Below are positions 1 to 11,100 of a stretch of DNA of 64,000 nt, in pieces. Both the position numbers and the translations under genes were made by a program. Source of the stretch: Candidatus Multivorans sp. GTDB lineage: Bacteria > Acidobacteriota > Thermoanaerobaculia > Multivoradales > Multivoraceae. The notes under the pieces are model-generated. The model did no database searches and had not been told where the DNA came from. It worked only from the letters and a program-made list of their open reading frames with translations. Positions within the stretch are counted from its first letter, which is position 1. Each line of letters begins with the position of its first letter. Location: contig OZ245033.1 of NCBI GenBank assembly GCA_965224025.1, forward strand, positions 3,712,001 through 3,776,000, read 5' to 3'.

Positions 1-40
1 TTGGCTCGGGCTCGCCGCTTCGCGGCATCGCGCTTGATGC
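1..40 (-). repeat. Dispersed palindromic repeat family B, copy 1 (window edge)
   Basis: Reverse complement of 1-40 (GCATCAAGCGCGATGCCGCGAAGCGGCGAGCCCGAGCCAA) matches 15811-15850 at 38/40 nt. Confidence 0.75.
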
Positions 41-81
41 CAGTCAGCCGGGACGTCGGCCGGCCGACGCCGCAGACCCAG

Positions 82-975
82 TCAGCCGAAGACGATCGCG
101 CGATTGTCGACGACCAGAACGCGGTGTTCGAGGTGGGCCTGGACGGCGCGGGCCAGGACGACCCGTTCGAGGTCCCTGCCCCGGCGCACGAGGGTGGTCA
201 CCGAGTCGCGGTGGCTGACCCGGGTGACGTCCTGCTCAATGATCGGTCCCTGGTCGAGCTCGGCGGTTGCGTAGTGGGCGGTGGCCCCAACGACCTTGAC
301 CCCGCGCAGGTAGGCCTGACGGTACGGGCCGCCGCCGGGAAACGCCGGCAGGAACGAGTGGTGGATGTTGATCACCCGGTTCGGGTAGCACTCCAGGAAG
401 CGCGGGGTGAGGATCTGCATGTACCGTGCGAGCACGACCAGGTCGACCCGCGCTTCGTCCAGGATCCCGATCATCTGTTCTTCCTGCTCGCTGCGCGTCT
501 CGCGCGTTACGGGCAGGTGGTGGTACGCGAGACCGTTGTACTCGGCCTCCGCCGCATGGTCCGGGTGGTTGCTGATGATGCAGACGGGTCGCCCCGGCAA
601 CTCGCCGAGCCGCCAGCGCGACAGCAGATCGTGCAGGCAGTGCGCCTGTTTCGAGGCCAGCACGCCCACCCGCTGCTCCTCGTCCGAGAAGGCCATCCGA
701 CTCCTGACCGAGAAGTGATCGCCAATCTCCCACTCGAGCAGCGGCTGGATCGTCTCCCGGTCAAGGTCGAAGTGGTCGATGGCGAACTCCAAACGCTGGA
801 AGAACTTGCCCTGCTCCTCGTCCCGGTGCGTCTCGGACGAGCAGATGATGCCCCCGTGATCGTTCACGAATCCGGTCACGGTCGCGATGATCCCGATCGC
901 GTCGTCGCAGCTCAGCAGCAGGGTCGCGGCTACGTCGTGCGACGACTGCTGGGCGCCGTGTCTGTGCTGGGCCAA
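82..975 (-). CDS. purU: Formyltetrahydrofolate deformylase
   Basis: N-terminal ACT-like domain; LVVLARYMQIL, INIHHSFLPAF, GATAHY and LDQGPIIEQ motifs. Confidence 0.95.
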   Translation of the reverse strand: MAQHRHGAQQSSHDVAATLLLSCDDAIGIIATVTGFVNDHGGIICSSETHRDEEQGKFFQRLEFAIDHFDLDRETIQPLLEWEIGDHFSVRSRMAFSDEEQRVGVLASKQAHCLHDLLSRWRLGELPGRPVCIISNHPDHAAEAEYNGLAYHHLPVTRETRSEQEEQMIGILDEARVDLVVLARYMQILTPRFLECYPNRVINIHHSFLPAFPGGGPYRQAYLRGVKVVGATAHYATAELDQGPIIEQDVTRVSHRDSVTTLVRRGRDLERVVLARAVQAHLEHRVLVVDNRAIVFG

Positions 976-1064
976 ATCGTGACGGAGTCTACATGCGGCG
1001 CGAGGCGCGGCACTCCGTCCACGGGCAGGCTCACGCGCCGCCGGGCGCCGATGCCCAACGCGGT

Positions 1065-3410
1065 ATGATCACCCGCAGCATGCCTGCATCGGCGCACCGG
1101 ACGCGGCCCGTCGCCAGTACGTGTGCGTCACTGGCGCTGGCCCTCTTGACGTCAGCATCTGCGGGCGCCCAGACAGCACAAACACCGGCCGACGGCATCA
1201 AGCTGTTTGAAGAAAACGTCCTGCCGGTGCTGGAGCAGAACTGCTTCATGTGCCACTCGGACCCGGACCGCGCCGAGAACGGCTTCCTGCTCACCACCAG
1301 GGCAGGTCTGTTGCGCGGCGGCGAAAGGGGCCCGGCGATCTCCACCTCCGAGCCCGCCCTGAGCCTGTTGCTCGATGCGGTCGAGTACCACAACGACCAG
1401 TTGCAGATGCCGCCCTCGGGTCGGCTCGCCGACACCGACATCGAGGCGATCCGGCAATGGGTTCAGCTCGGTGCGCCGTTCGGCGGCGACGAGGACGACC
1501 TCACGGAACTTGCGCCCGCCGGGGACGAGTTCCAAATCACCGATGCCGACCGCGCATGGTGGTCCGTGCGACCGCTCGTGCGCCCTGATGTCCCCGCGGT
1601 GGCGGACTCGGACTGGCCTCTCAACCCGATCGACAACTTCCTGCTCGCCCGGATCGAGGCGGCCGACCTCGAGCCGCCGCCAGCCGCCGCACGTCGCGCC
1701 CTGATCCGGCGCGCGAGCTACGACCTCACCGGGCTGCCGCCGACTCTCGAGGAGGTCGAGGCCTTCGAGCAGGACCAGCGCCCCGACGCCTGGGAACGCC
1801 TCATCGACCGTCTGCTGGAATCGCCCCACTACGGCGAGCGCTGGGGCCGGCACTGGCTCGACCTCGTCCGCTACGCCGAGACCGACGGCTACGAGCGGGA
1901 CCGAAAGAAGCCCTCGGCCTGGCGCTACCGCGACTGGGTGATCGATGCGCTCAACGCGGACATGCCGTACAACGAGTTCCTGACCTATCAGCTCGCCGGC
2001 GACGAGATCGACCACCCCACCGCCGCGTCGATCATCGCCACCGGCTATCTGCGGCTCGGTATCTGGGACGACGAGCCCACGGACACCGCGCTCGCCCAGT
2101 ACGACGATCTCGACTCGGTCCTCGATACGACCTCCCGGGTGATGCTCGGCATGTCGATCGGCTGCGCCCGCTGCCACAACCACCGCGGCGACCCGATTCC
2201 GCAGACCGACTACTACCGGATGCTGTCGTTCTTCCGAGGCATCGCGCCCTACAAGGTCGGCGGCGGCAACCAGCCGACTCCCGAGAACTACACGGACTGG
2301 ATCCCGGCGAACCTTGGGACGACGGACGACTCGAGCCTGCCAGTGGATTGGGGGCCGGCGAACCTCATCGAGGTCCTGCGGGTCAAGGAGGTTGGACCCG
2401 AGGCGCCGCCCACCCATGTGCTCATCCGCGGCAACCCGCACGCGCCGGCGGAACGGGTCGAGCCCGGGTTCCCGCTCATCCTGGGCAACGCGGATCCGGG
2501 CCTTGCCGAGCGCGCCGCCGACTCGGCCACCACGGGCCGCCGCCGCGCCCTGGCCCGTTGGATCGCCGACGACGGCAACCTGCGCACCTCCCGCGTGATG
2601 GCCAACCGCCTGTGGCAGTACCACTTCGGCCGCGGGCTGTCGCCGACGCCGAACGACTTTGGACGCTTCGGGCAGGAGGCGACCCAACCCGAGTTGCTCG
2701 ACTGGCTGGCGACCGAGTTCGTGGCCAGGAACTGGAGCCTCAAGGCGATGCACCGGCTCATGATGACCAGCCGTGCCTACCAGATGTCCTCGCGCCCGCC
2801 CGCCGGAGCACTCGAAGCCGATCCCGGCAACGACCTGTTCAGCCGCTTCAACATGAGACGGCTGACCGCCGAGGAGATTCGGGACTCCGTCCTTGCGGCG
2901 ACCGGGCGGCTCAACCTCGAGTTCGGCGGCCCCAGCGTCTACCCGCCGATGCCGGCAGAGGTTCTCGCCACCGCTTCGCAGCCCGACCAGGCCTGGGGCG
3001 ACGCGACTCCCGAACAGGCCTCGCGGCGCAGCATCTACATCCATGTCAAGCGTTCCCTGCTGCATCCATTGCTCGAGAGCCTGGACTTCGCCGACACCGA
3101 CTCCACCTGCCCCGTACGCTTCACGACCACCCAGCCGACCCAGGCGCTGATGATGCTCAACGGGGCCTTCATGGGCGAACAGGCGGCGGCTCTGGCGGAG
3201 CGGGTGGCTGGTGACGCGGGGACGATCGAGGAGCGCGTCGCCGGCGCGCTGGAACGCGTGCTTGCGCGCCGGCCGCGGACCGCGGAGATCGCCCGCGGCG
3301 TCGGCCTGATCGAGGAACTCAAGCGTGAAGAGGGCTTCACTCCCGACGCCGCGTTTGCCAGTCTCTCCCTTCTGTTGTTGAATCTGAACGAGTTCGTCTA
3401 CCTCGACTAA
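1065..3410 (+). CDS. Planctomycete-type cytochrome c / DUF1549 / DUF1553 (PSD1) protein
   Basis: Signal peptide; CFMCH and CARCH heme motifs; NPIDNF, YGERWGRHWLDLVRYAET, RVMANRLWQYHFGRG and RRLTAEEIRDS motifs; start uncertain. Confidence 0.9.
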   Translation: MITRSMPASAHRTRPVASTCASLALALLTSASAGAQTAQTPADGIKLFEENVLPVLEQNCFMCHSDPDRAENGFLLTTRAGLLRGGERGPAISTSEPALSLLLDAVEYHNDQLQMPPSGRLADTDIEAIRQWVQLGAPFGGDEDDLTELAPAGDEFQITDADRAWWSVRPLVRPDVPAVADSDWPLNPIDNFLLARIEAADLEPPPAAARRALIRRASYDLTGLPPTLEEVEAFEQDQRPDAWERLIDRLLESPHYGERWGRHWLDLVRYAETDGYERDRKKPSAWRYRDWVIDALNADMPYNEFLTYQLAGDEIDHPTAASIIATGYLRLGIWDDEPTDTALAQYDDLDSVLDTTSRVMLGMSIGCARCHNHRGDPIPQTDYYRMLSFFRGIAPYKVGGGNQPTPENYTDWIPANLGTTDDSSLPVDWGPANLIEVLRVKEVGPEAPPTHVLIRGNPHAPAERVEPGFPLILGNADPGLAERAADSATTGRRRALARWIADDGNLRTSRVMANRLWQYHFGRGLSPTPNDFGRFGQEATQPELLDWLATEFVARNWSLKAMHRLMMTSRAYQMSSRPPAGALEADPGNDLFSRFNMRRLTAEEIRDSVLAATGRLNLEFGGPSVYPPMPAEVLATASQPDQAWGDATPEQASRRSIYIHVKRSLLHPLLESLDFADTDSTCPVRFTTTQPTQALMMLNGAFMGEQAAALAERVAGDAGTIEERVAGALERVLARRPRTAEIARGVGLIEELKREEGFTPDAAFASLSLLLLNLNEFVYLD

Positions 3411-3426
3411 GCTGAGGAGCAGAACG

Positions 3427-4905
3427 ATGACCCACGACGCTGATCGACCTCGCAACACCTTCTGCGGTCAAACCCGGCGCGAGTTCCTCTGGGAGGCCGG
3501 TGGCGCCTTCACCTCCGTGGCTCTGGCGACCATGCTGTCCAACGACAATTTCCTCGCCGCCCAGACCGTCGCCGCCGACGGCGCCACCGAGTGGAAGAAC
3601 CCCCTGGCCGCCAGACCGCCCCACTTCGACGGCCCGGCCAAGGCGGTCATCTTCCTGTTCATGTACGGCGGGCCCAGCCAGGTCGACACCTTCGACTACA
3701 AGCCGGACCTCTATCCCTTGGACGGCAAGACGATCGAGATCAGGACCAAGGGCCGCGGCGGCTCGCGGAACCAGGGCCGCGTCGTCGGACCGAAGTGGAA
3801 GTTCAAGCAGTACGGCGAGTGCGGCAAGTGGGTTTCCGACCTGTTCCCTCACATCGGCGGCTGCGTCGACGACATCGCCTTCATCCATTCGATGACCGCG
3901 GACGCGCCGCTTCACGGCTCGGCGATGCTGCAGATGAACAGCGGCCGCATCCTCTCCGGCAGTCCGGCCCTCGGTTCGTGGGTGAACTACGGTCTCGGCA
4001 CCGAGAACGAGAACCTGCCCGGCTTCGTCGTCATGCTCGACCCGACCGGCGGCCCGATCAGCGGCGCCAAGAACTGGTCCAGCGGCTACATGCCGGCCAG
4101 CTACCAGGGCACGGTGATCCGTTCAAGCGGCACGCCGATCCTGTCTCTCGATCCGCCGGCGGGAATGTCGCGCCAGGCGCAGCGCCGGCTGCTCGACCGC
4201 CTGCGCGAGTACAACGAGGAGCACGCCGCGCCCCGTGCCGAGAACAGCGAACTGGCCGCCCGCATCGCCAGCTACGAACTCGCCTACCGGATGCAGCAGC
4301 ACGCGCCCGAAGCGGTCGATCTGTCCGGCGAGTCGGAGGAGATCCGGAACCTCTACGGTCTCGACCAGGACCGCACGAAGGACTTCGGCCGCCGCTGCCT
4401 GCTGGCCCGCCGCCTGGTCGAGCGCGGCGTGCGGTTCGTTCAGGTCTACTCGGGCGGCAACCACAACGACAACAACTGGGACGCCCACGGCGATCTGGTC
4501 AAGAACCACGAGTACCACGCCGGCGCCACGGACTTACCCGTCGCCGGTCTGCTGCGCGACCTGAAGCAGCGCGGCCTGCTCGACAGCACACTGGTCATCT
4601 GGGGTGGCGAGTTCGGCCGTCAGCCCACCGCAGAGTACGCCGAAGGCACCGGACGCGATCACAACGCCTATGGCTTCACCATGTGGATGGCCGGCGGCGG
4701 TATTGCGGGCGGCGCCAGCGTCGGCGAGACGGACGAACTCGGCAACCGGGCCGAGGTGGACCGCTTACACGTCAAGAACCTGCACGCGACCGTCCTGCAG
4801 CAACTCGGTCTCGACCCCAACGCTTTGTCGTACTTCCACGCCGGCCTCGACCAGAAGCTCGTCGGCGTCGAAGGCGCGAAGCCGATCCACCAGATCGTCG
4901 CTTAG
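3427..4905 (+). CDS. DUF1501 domain protein (sulfatase-like fold, Tat signal)
   Basis: TRREFL twin-arginine motif; FMYGGPSQVDTFDYKP, LLARRLVERGVRFVQV, WDAH, WGGEFGR and GRDHN motifs; usual partner of PSD1 genes. Confidence 0.92.
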   Translation: MTHDADRPRNTFCGQTRREFLWEAGGAFTSVALATMLSNDNFLAAQTVAADGATEWKNPLAARPPHFDGPAKAVIFLFMYGGPSQVDTFDYKPDLYPLDGKTIEIRTKGRGGSRNQGRVVGPKWKFKQYGECGKWVSDLFPHIGGCVDDIAFIHSMTADAPLHGSAMLQMNSGRILSGSPALGSWVNYGLGTENENLPGFVVMLDPTGGPISGAKNWSSGYMPASYQGTVIRSSGTPILSLDPPAGMSRQAQRRLLDRLREYNEEHAAPRAENSELAARIASYELAYRMQQHAPEAVDLSGESEEIRNLYGLDQDRTKDFGRRCLLARRLVERGVRFVQVYSGGNHNDNNWDAHGDLVKNHEYHAGATDLPVAGLLRDLKQRGLLDSTLVIWGGEFGRQPTAEYAEGTGRDHNAYGFTMWMAGGGIAGGASVGETDELGNRAEVDRLHVKNLHATVLQQLGLDPNALSYFHAGLDQKLVGVEGAKPIHQIVA

Positions 4906-5078
4906 GCTGTGGCGTTCCCGGGACGTCGCTGGCGTCACCCGCCTGCGCGGAGGACGGGCGGACACAGGTTGGCGACCGCGAGATCAGGGGTCTCTCATAG
5001 GGGATCCGGATTGGGGTGCATTGTCGGCGTAGAGTCAGCCGCGATGGCGTCCGTCTTGCATTGCCAAGGCCCCGACTC

Positions 5079-8000
5079 ATGTTGAGGTGCAGTAGATGGC
5101 CGGCTACGACTCTGTTGTGGGTGTGCGCAGCTAGCGCGGCGTTGGCACAGCAGACCATGACCTTCGAGGCGGAGGGCGCCTCTGAGGCCGACCTGAACGG
5201 GCAACTGGAACTTCGGGTAGACGGAACGCCGGTCGAGATCGAGAGCGTCAGGGCGGCCGAAGATGGCTGGCAGACGCTGGTCTACATTGACTTCGCGCTG
5301 ACCACGCCAAGCTCGATTCATCAACTGGCGAACTCTCTGCTCGACCAGATCGAGGCGCTGCTGGCCCTCGGCAGCCTGGAGATCGTGGTGGCGGACCCGG
5401 CGGCTCGCACGATCCTGCCGCCGACCCGGGACCTCGAGTTGGCCGAAGCGGCGCTGAGCCGGCTGGCCACGAGCGAGGAGGCCGCGAGCGCGCTGGTCGA
5501 GAGACGCCGCCTGTTCGCCAGCGAACGGCAGATCGAAATCTCGCGAGCCCGGCAGCCGCAGACCGCAGCCGGCAGCGACAGGACCGTCGAGCTCGAGACC
5601 GTGCTCGAGCAGATGGCCACGAACGCACTCCGTGACGAGGCGGCGATGCGGAGCAACCAGATCGACGAACTCGTCGGGTTTCTCGCCGACCGCGAGGATC
5701 TGAGGCGGGACGAACCATGGGCCGGTGAGCAGGACGATGAAGATGTACCTGGCAACGCCGGCGAAGAGGAGAGCGGAACCCTGAACGCGCGGCGGCATCT
5801 GGTTCTGCTCAGCGATGGCCTGGTCACCGATCCGCTGAGCTACTACCTGGAACTTGTGCCGACCGCCGGCTCGCTCGCGGTGGAGGCGGCCGGCATGCCG
5901 GGACTCCGGCCCGTTGGGCGTACCGCGGCGGCCTTCGGCTGGATCGCCGCGCCGGTTGCCTTCGCCCCCGAGGACGAGGGCGACGGCGTCGACGTCCGTT
6001 CGAACGAGGTCACGGTCGGTTTCACGCTCCGCTTCGGCCAGCCCCGGTCCGGTGCGCGGCAGACTGTCGAGGAGGAGCTCGGGCTCTTCCTCCAGCCGTC
6101 GGAATGGGACGTGGCGGCCACGGCCACGGGCGGCGAGGTGCTCTCGAACGGTATGGAGATCGCCGACTGGATCGAGCGGCTTCCCCGCCGCTTCGAGGCG
6201 AGGTTCCGGCTTCCGGACGGCGTGGCAGCCGCCGGTCCGCTCGATCTGCGGTCGCGAGACGAAGAGCGCGAACTCCGTGCGCCGACCGTGGTTCCCGGCG
6301 CGGGCTCGCCGGACGAAGTGGCCGAGGTGCGGCTGCGGCGCGCCTTCGAGGGTGATCTGGACAGCGAGTTCGAGGGCGGAGGCAATAGCGGTATCGAAGT
6401 CGTCGCTTCGATTCAGATCGAGTCCACGTCGCCCGAGCGCACGGTCGGACGCGTGACCAGCATCATCGTGCCGGCCGCCGGCGCACCGCCGGGCGATGCC
6501 GCATCGTGGCGGGTCAGCACCGGACTCCACCGCGAGGACGGCAGCGTGATCACGAGTCATGGCCGGCCCTTCGCGCCGCCGGACGAGGAACACCTTTCAT
6601 TCGAGCGGCCGCTCCAGCTCCCGCCCGGCACCGACTCCGCGATCGTGCTGGCCGAGAACCTCGCCTCCGGGCGCTGGGGCTATGCCCTGGTCGACTTCGT
6701 CGACCTGGCGGACCTGAGAGAGGAGGCCGAGGCCCGTACCCTCTCGCGCGCGATCGATCTGAGGCCCGAGGATCCGAATGACCGGCGCGGTCGGGTCGCC
6801 TTCCTGGCCGAAGTGCAGGAAGGGTTCACCGACCGCGTGCAGCGGGTCGTCTTCTACTACAACGGCCGGCGCGTCGCCGCCCGCAACCGGGCGCCGTACC
6901 GGGCCCGCATCGATCTCGGACGGGGTGACCGGCTCGGCCGGGTCGAGGCCGTGGCCTTCGACGCCGAGGACCGGGAGCTCGACCGCCACGAGCTGCTCGT
7001 CAACCAGCCCCCGCACGCGTTCTGGGTGCGCATTACCGAACCCGAGGGCGGTCCCCATGCCGGCCCCGTCGACGTTGCCGCCGAGGTCAAGGCGCCGCGC
7101 GGCAGCCGGCTCGCCGAGATGCGCTTCTTCGTCAAGGACCGGCTGGCGGCGACTGCCCGGGAAGAACCGTTCCGCCGCGAAGTGCTGGTGCCGGTGGGCG
7201 ACCCGGAGACTTTCCTCCGGGTCGAGGCCCAGTTGCTGGACGGCCGCATCGCGGAGGACGTCGTCTTCCTCAACCGACCCGGCCTCTCGGCCCGTATCGG
7301 CGTCGAACTGGTGCAGCTCTACGTCGTCGCCACGGACCGTTCCGGACAACCGGTGCGGGATCTGTCCGCCGCCGACTTCTCCGTCTTCGAGGACGACCGC
7401 GCCCAGGAACTGGAATCGTTCCGGGTCGCCTTCGACCTTCCCCTGACCCTGGGCCTGGCCATCGACACCTCGAGCAGCCTGTTCCTGCGCATGCCCGACG
7501 TGAAACGCGCCGCAACCGCGTTCCTCGACTCGCTGCAGGCCAGCCGGGACCGGGCCTTCCTGGTCGGCTTCGGTACCGAACCTCGCCTGGTTCGCGCCGC
7601 CACGTACAACCTGAACGCGGTGCGCGGCGGTATCGGTTCGCTTCGGCCGCGAGGCCGCACCGCGGTGTGGGGCGCGCTTTCCCTGGCCCTGGACCAGCTC
7701 GCGGGCCTGCGGGGGCGCAAGGCCCTGGTCGTCTTCTACGACGGAGACGACGAGGACTCCGACGCCGCCTTCAGGCAGAGCCTGGAGCAGGCCCGGCGCG
7801 CCCGTGTTCCCGTTTACCTCGTGCTGATGAACGACGAGGCGGCGCGCACGGACGGGCGCAGCTTCAGTACCCGCACCTTCGTCAGCAAGCTCGAACGGAT
7901 GGCGAAGGCCGGGGGCGGCCGCGTCTACTACGTGCGTCACGACCAGGACCTGGCGCCGATCTTCGACTCGATCCGTCGCGAGCTCCGGAGCCACTACCTG

Positions 8001-8114
8001 CTCACCTACTATCCGAAGGAGGAGCCGGGAGGACCGAACTGGCGGCAGGTCAACGTGGAGCTCGGCCGCAATGGAGTGACGGCCAGGACGATCGAGGGCC
8101 GCGAGGTAAGGTAG
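5079..8114 (+). CDS. Secreted VWA domain protein (acidobacterial type) with Ig-like domains
   Basis: Signal peptide; C-terminal VQLYVVATD..LGLAIDTSSS (MIDAS DxSxS)..KALVVFYDGDD..ELRSHYLLTYYP; start uncertain. Confidence 0.85.
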   Translation: MLRCSRWPATTLLWVCAASAALAQQTMTFEAEGASEADLNGQLELRVDGTPVEIESVRAAEDGWQTLVYIDFALTTPSSIHQLANSLLDQIEALLALGSLEIVVADPAARTILPPTRDLELAEAALSRLATSEEAASALVERRRLFASERQIEISRARQPQTAAGSDRTVELETVLEQMATNALRDEAAMRSNQIDELVGFLADREDLRRDEPWAGEQDDEDVPGNAGEEESGTLNARRHLVLLSDGLVTDPLSYYLELVPTAGSLAVEAAGMPGLRPVGRTAAAFGWIAAPVAFAPEDEGDGVDVRSNEVTVGFTLRFGQPRSGARQTVEEELGLFLQPSEWDVAATATGGEVLSNGMEIADWIERLPRRFEARFRLPDGVAAAGPLDLRSRDEERELRAPTVVPGAGSPDEVAEVRLRRAFEGDLDSEFEGGGNSGIEVVASIQIESTSPERTVGRVTSIIVPAAGAPPGDAASWRVSTGLHREDGSVITSHGRPFAPPDEEHLSFERPLQLPPGTDSAIVLAENLASGRWGYALVDFVDLADLREEAEARTLSRAIDLRPEDPNDRRGRVAFLAEVQEGFTDRVQRVVFYYNGRRVAARNRAPYRARIDLGRGDRLGRVEAVAFDAEDRELDRHELLVNQPPHAFWVRITEPEGGPHAGPVDVAAEVKAPRGSRLAEMRFFVKDRLAATAREEPFRREVLVPVGDPETFLRVEAQLLDGRIAEDVVFLNRPGLSARIGVELVQLYVVATDRSGQPVRDLSAADFSVFEDDRAQELESFRVAFDLPLTLGLAIDTSSSLFLRMPDVKRAATAFLDSLQASRDRAFLVGFGTEPRLVRAATYNLNAVRGGIGSLRPRGRTAVWGALSLALDQLAGLRGRKALVVFYDGDDEDSDAAFRQSLEQARRARVPVYLVLMNDEAARTDGRSFSTRTFVSKLERMAKAGGGRVYYVRHDQDLAPIFDSIRRELRSHYLLTYYPKEEPGGPNWRQVNVELGRNGVTARTIEGREVR

Positions 8115-8121
8115 CGGAGAG

Positions 8122-11100
8122 ATGATCTGCACATCTTCGCGGCGCTGGCTGTTGCCGGCCGTGACTGCAACGCTCGTCGTTCTTTCCGCAGATGTGAGTG
8201 CGGCTCAACTGCTGAACCGCGACTCCGAGATCATCTTCCAGATCCCAGCCGCGCCCGCATGGCAGCTCGACGGGACATCCATCGAGGTACTCGAGAACGG
8301 CGAATCCAGGGAAGTGCTGGCGGTCGACCGGGTCGCCGAACGCTGGCGGATCATCGTCTACTTCGACCTGCCGGGCTCGACGCCCGCGGGCATCGAGGCC
8401 GCGGCAGCAGCGGTCGACGCCTCCGCCGACGCCCTGGTGGCCCTTGGCGACATCGAAATCATCACCGCCGACCGGATCGCCGAGGGGGTTCTAGAACCTA
8501 CCGCGAACGCCCAGGAGGTGCGTGCGGCGGCCGCCGTCTTGGCCGCCCGAGCCGGCGCGGCGGGCGCGCTGCTGGAACTACGCCGGGACCTCCAGGCAAC
8601 CGCTGAAGCCCGCTCAGGCGACCCGGACGCGGACGGCCTGCGCACCGCGGACCTGCTCGATGGATTCCTGCTGGAAGTCGACACCTTGCGCTGGCAACGG
8701 GCCAACCTGCTCGAATCGCTCGAGGGCGGTGCCTGGGCAACGGGTCCGGCGCGGGCGCTGTTCCTGGTACGCGACGCCATGGACCTGAGCGGCGACGCGT
8801 TCGCGCAGCGGCTCCTGGACAAACCGACACCCGCGTTCGAGCGCGCCGCCCTCAGCGAACAGCGTCAGCAGCGCAGCCTGGCCCGCGCCGTCGCCGCTCT
8901 CGGATGGCGCGTCTACCCGCTTCACGTTGCGCCGGCGGTCGAAGGAACGGATGACCTCCTGCCCGGGCGACTGCAGGCCTCACACGATTTCGCCAATGCC
9001 AGCGGCGGCCGCGTGCTGAACGGCGAAGACGAACTGGCTGCGGCGCTCAAGGAACTCGCCGCCTCCTGGCGCCTGCGCTACCGCTCGACGGGCACGCGCG
9101 ACGGCGCCACGCACCCCGTCGACGTGCGCGTCGCGTCCTCCGGCGGACGGCCCCCCGGCGCGCCGCCGCCGGAGGTTGCCGCGCGCCGTTGGGCCACGGT
9201 CGGCGCGCCCACGGACCTGGTCGCCCTGCGCGCGAGCCGGGCGTTGGAGGCAATGAACCGGGACGGGGACGACTCCAGCATCGGCGCCAGCAGCGAACTG
9301 GCGATTCGCGGCGTCCTGCTGCCACAGGGCGTCCAGTCGACCACGGACGGCGCCGGTGCCGAACTGGTCACGCTCGACGGCGTCGCTTCGATCGGCGGCA
9401 GCCCCCCACCCTCGAGCGACTCCCTGCGAATCACTGTCCACGGCCGCGGCCTGGATGCGCCGCCCTTCCTGCTCCATCGCGCGGGAACGGGAGCCGATCT
9501 CGACGGCGGGGCCTGGCGCTTCCGCACCCTCTTCGACCTGCCGGCCGCGATCGACGAACTCGTTCTGATGGTGGAGGACCTGCGGAACGACAGGTGGCGG
9601 GTCACCTTCCTGGATCCCGGTTCGAATCCCATCGACGACCGCGGCGACGTCGAGCTGCTGGTGCCGGATACCGCCCGCGGCCAGCTTGTGGCCAAGCCGA
9701 CCGAAGCCGAGATCGTCGCTGCGGCGAGAGCTGCCTCCAGGCGCGCCGGCTGGGCCGGCGGCAGCCCTCTCCGCCAACGCACCTCCTCCGGTGACAACGC
9801 GCAAGCAGCCAGCCTGGTGCGACTGATCCCGCCCCGCGGCGAGCGGTCCGGGCTCAGCGGCAGGAGATCCTTCGGCACGGTGACGACGAGCGATGTCGTC
9901 CGCCGCGTGGAGTTCTACCTGGACGGCGAACTGGTCTTCGACGACCGGAGGAAGCCGTTCGAGAACAGGCTCGACCTGGGACCGGAGGCGGTGCCCCACA
10001 CCATCCGCATCGTCGCCTACGACCGCTCCGATCGGTGGTTGAGCGAGGACGAGTTGACGATCAACGAGCACCGCAGACGGGCGGATGTCGGCATCGCATC
10101 GGTCGAAGCGCAGCCCGGAGGCCGCTACGCCATCGAAGCCCAGGTCGAACTGGCCGCCGGCCGGCTACTGGATCGGGTCGAGTTCTACCGCAACGACCGC
10201 CTGGCGGCCACGATGACCCGGCCGCCGTTTCGCACGGTCCTGCCCGGGCCCGCGATGCCGGGCGCCGACTTCGCCCGCGTCGCCGTCTACCTCGACGACG
10301 GCACGACGATCGAGGATGTCGAGTTCCTGTCCTCCGACACACCCGTCGCCGAGACGGTCGTCAACCTGGTCGAGGTGTACGTCGTCGTCAACGACGACGA
10401 GGGCAAGCCGATCACCACGCTGACCCAGGAGGACTTCGTCCTGCTCGGCGGCCGCAACGAGATCCCGATCGAACGCTTCGCCGTCGCCGAGGACGTGCCC
10501 CTGGTGCTGGGACTCGCCGTCGACAGCTCCCGGAGCATGTACGCCTTGATGCCTGATACGCGGATTGCGGCGGCCCGCTTCCTCGGCAACACGTTGACCA
10601 CGATCGACCAGGCGTTCCTGGTCGACTTCGACAACCGCCCGCGTCTGATTGCGGACACCACCGCCGATGTCGGGGACCTGATCGGAAGCCTGAAGGACCT
10701 CCGAGCCGACGGCCAGACCGCTCTCTACGACGCGATGCAGTACAGCCTCGTTCATCTCGCACGAGACCAGGGCCGCCGCGCCCTGGTCGTCCTGACGGAC
10801 GGCGACGACCTCGGCAGCCAGAGTAGCTACCGCAGGACGTTCAGGACCGCCGGGAACACCGGTGTGCCGATCTACGTGATCTCGATGAGCCAGGAGGAGA
10901 ATCCACGGGGACGCGGTCCCCGCAAGCTCGACATGGAGGCCATCTCGAAGGCAAGCGGCGGCCGCGTCTACTACGTAGGCAGCATGGACTCGGTGCTCCG
11001 GGCCTACGCGCACATCGGCAATGAACTCAGAAGCCAGTACATGCTCGGCTACTCGACCAGCGCACCCCTGACTTCGAAGGAAGTCCAATCGATCAAGGTC

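Noticed and set aside
4906-4990. Possible extra copy of repeat family A
   Set aside because: Only short fragments (GTTCCC, CCCG..CGGG) resemble it; too weak to support.
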